A stretch of DNA of 64,000 nucleotides. It comes from Hydrolagus affinis. Lineage: Eukaryota. The stretch lies in the NCBI GenBank assembly GCA_012026655.1, contig JAAILG010000699.1, positions 1-64,000 on the forward strand. The letters are read 5' to 3'. The translations under genes were made by a program, and so were the position numbers. The notes below the pieces were generated by a model. The model was not told the DNA's origin. It worked only from the letters and a program-made list of their open reading frames with translations, and did no database searches. Of this stretch, positions 63,283 to 64,000 are shown in pieces (position 1 is the stretch's first letter; the number at the start of each line of letters is the position of its first letter).

Positions 63283-63618
63283 TGGAGCTCCTGTGGCTTA
63301 GTGGTTAGAGTACTTGACTTGCAAGCTGGGGAGACCAAGCTGGGGAGACCTGTACTTGAATCCAGGCAGATCAGGGCGAAACCTTGGGCAAGTTTCCTTA
63401 CTCCACACGCCTAATAATAATCCCTCCAAAAAAACCACAATAATAAAATTGGTCATTTCAATCCATGACTGTTTGTGGGACACTGCTGTGCGCAATTGGC
63501 TGCCACGATTCACCCACAAATATACAGTCAATTCACTTTACAGTATATTCTGTGAAGCGCTTTAGGAACATCGATAAGATGTGAAAAGCGCTGTATCAAA
63601 ATCCAAGGATTATTATTT
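63283..63618 (+). mobile_element. Young full-length Deu-SINE with a 14-bp internal duplication, in LGR6 intron 2
   Basis: tggagctcctgtggcttagtggttagag...(caagctggggagac)x2...Deu core...caaggattattatt. Confidence 0.9.
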
Positions 63619-64000
63619 TTATATTTATTATTATTTTAAATCAATGTTATAAATCAAGCTGCTCCTCTTCAACCACCATCCTACATCACTGACCTCCCTC
63701 ATCCCAACTCTGCTCCTCCCCACTCACGCCCATGCTCCTGACCCCTGACTGCTCAGGGCCTTGGGACGTCCTCCTGACGTGAAAGGTGTTCCACAAATGT
63801 AATTTTCTTCTTTGTTGTTGTTGTATCTCTTCCAGTCATTAATTGCCTTCTGAAAAAAGAAAAACATCATGTGCTAAAATTATTACTTTGCCACTCCCAA
63901 GTTATACGCTCTTGTTCTCCTGCCTTGGTGCATCTCGATGTATTGTACTGGGTTTAGTTTTTCAATCTGGTTTGAATGCCATTTATTCTAACCAAAGCTC

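Overview
Vertebrate genomic DNA, probably from a cartilaginous fish (a chimaera such as Callorhinchus is suggested by the repeat families; this is inference). Only about 450 bp is protein-coding. The window starts with the last two coding exons (149-284, 1013-1069) and 3' UTR of a classical protein tyrosine phosphatase, most likely PTPRV/OST-PTP from its position upstream of LGR6. Next, on the same strand, come the promoter, exon 1 (15466-15650), a 47.2-kb intron 1 and the 72-bp exon 2 (62808-62879) of an LGR6-type R-spondin receptor. The rest is intergenic or intronic DNA dense in retroposons: tRNA-headed Deu-domain SINEs, L2 and CR1 3' ends, one RTE remnant, and one Penelope-type insertion with a 16-bp target-site duplication, an internal inversion and a decayed minimal-hammerhead motif. 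There is also a TA-flanked Tc1/mariner-pogo MITE, an unexplained 35-bp-arm inverted repeat and a perfect 35-bp palindrome. Nearly all ORFs in the supplied track are spurious or repeat-derived. I found no convincing new multi-gene system. The best leads are the phosphatase ending in an intact-looking terminal domain and several RNA/DNA structural elements in LGR6 intron 1. Repeat boundaries are approximate unless exact repeats are quoted.
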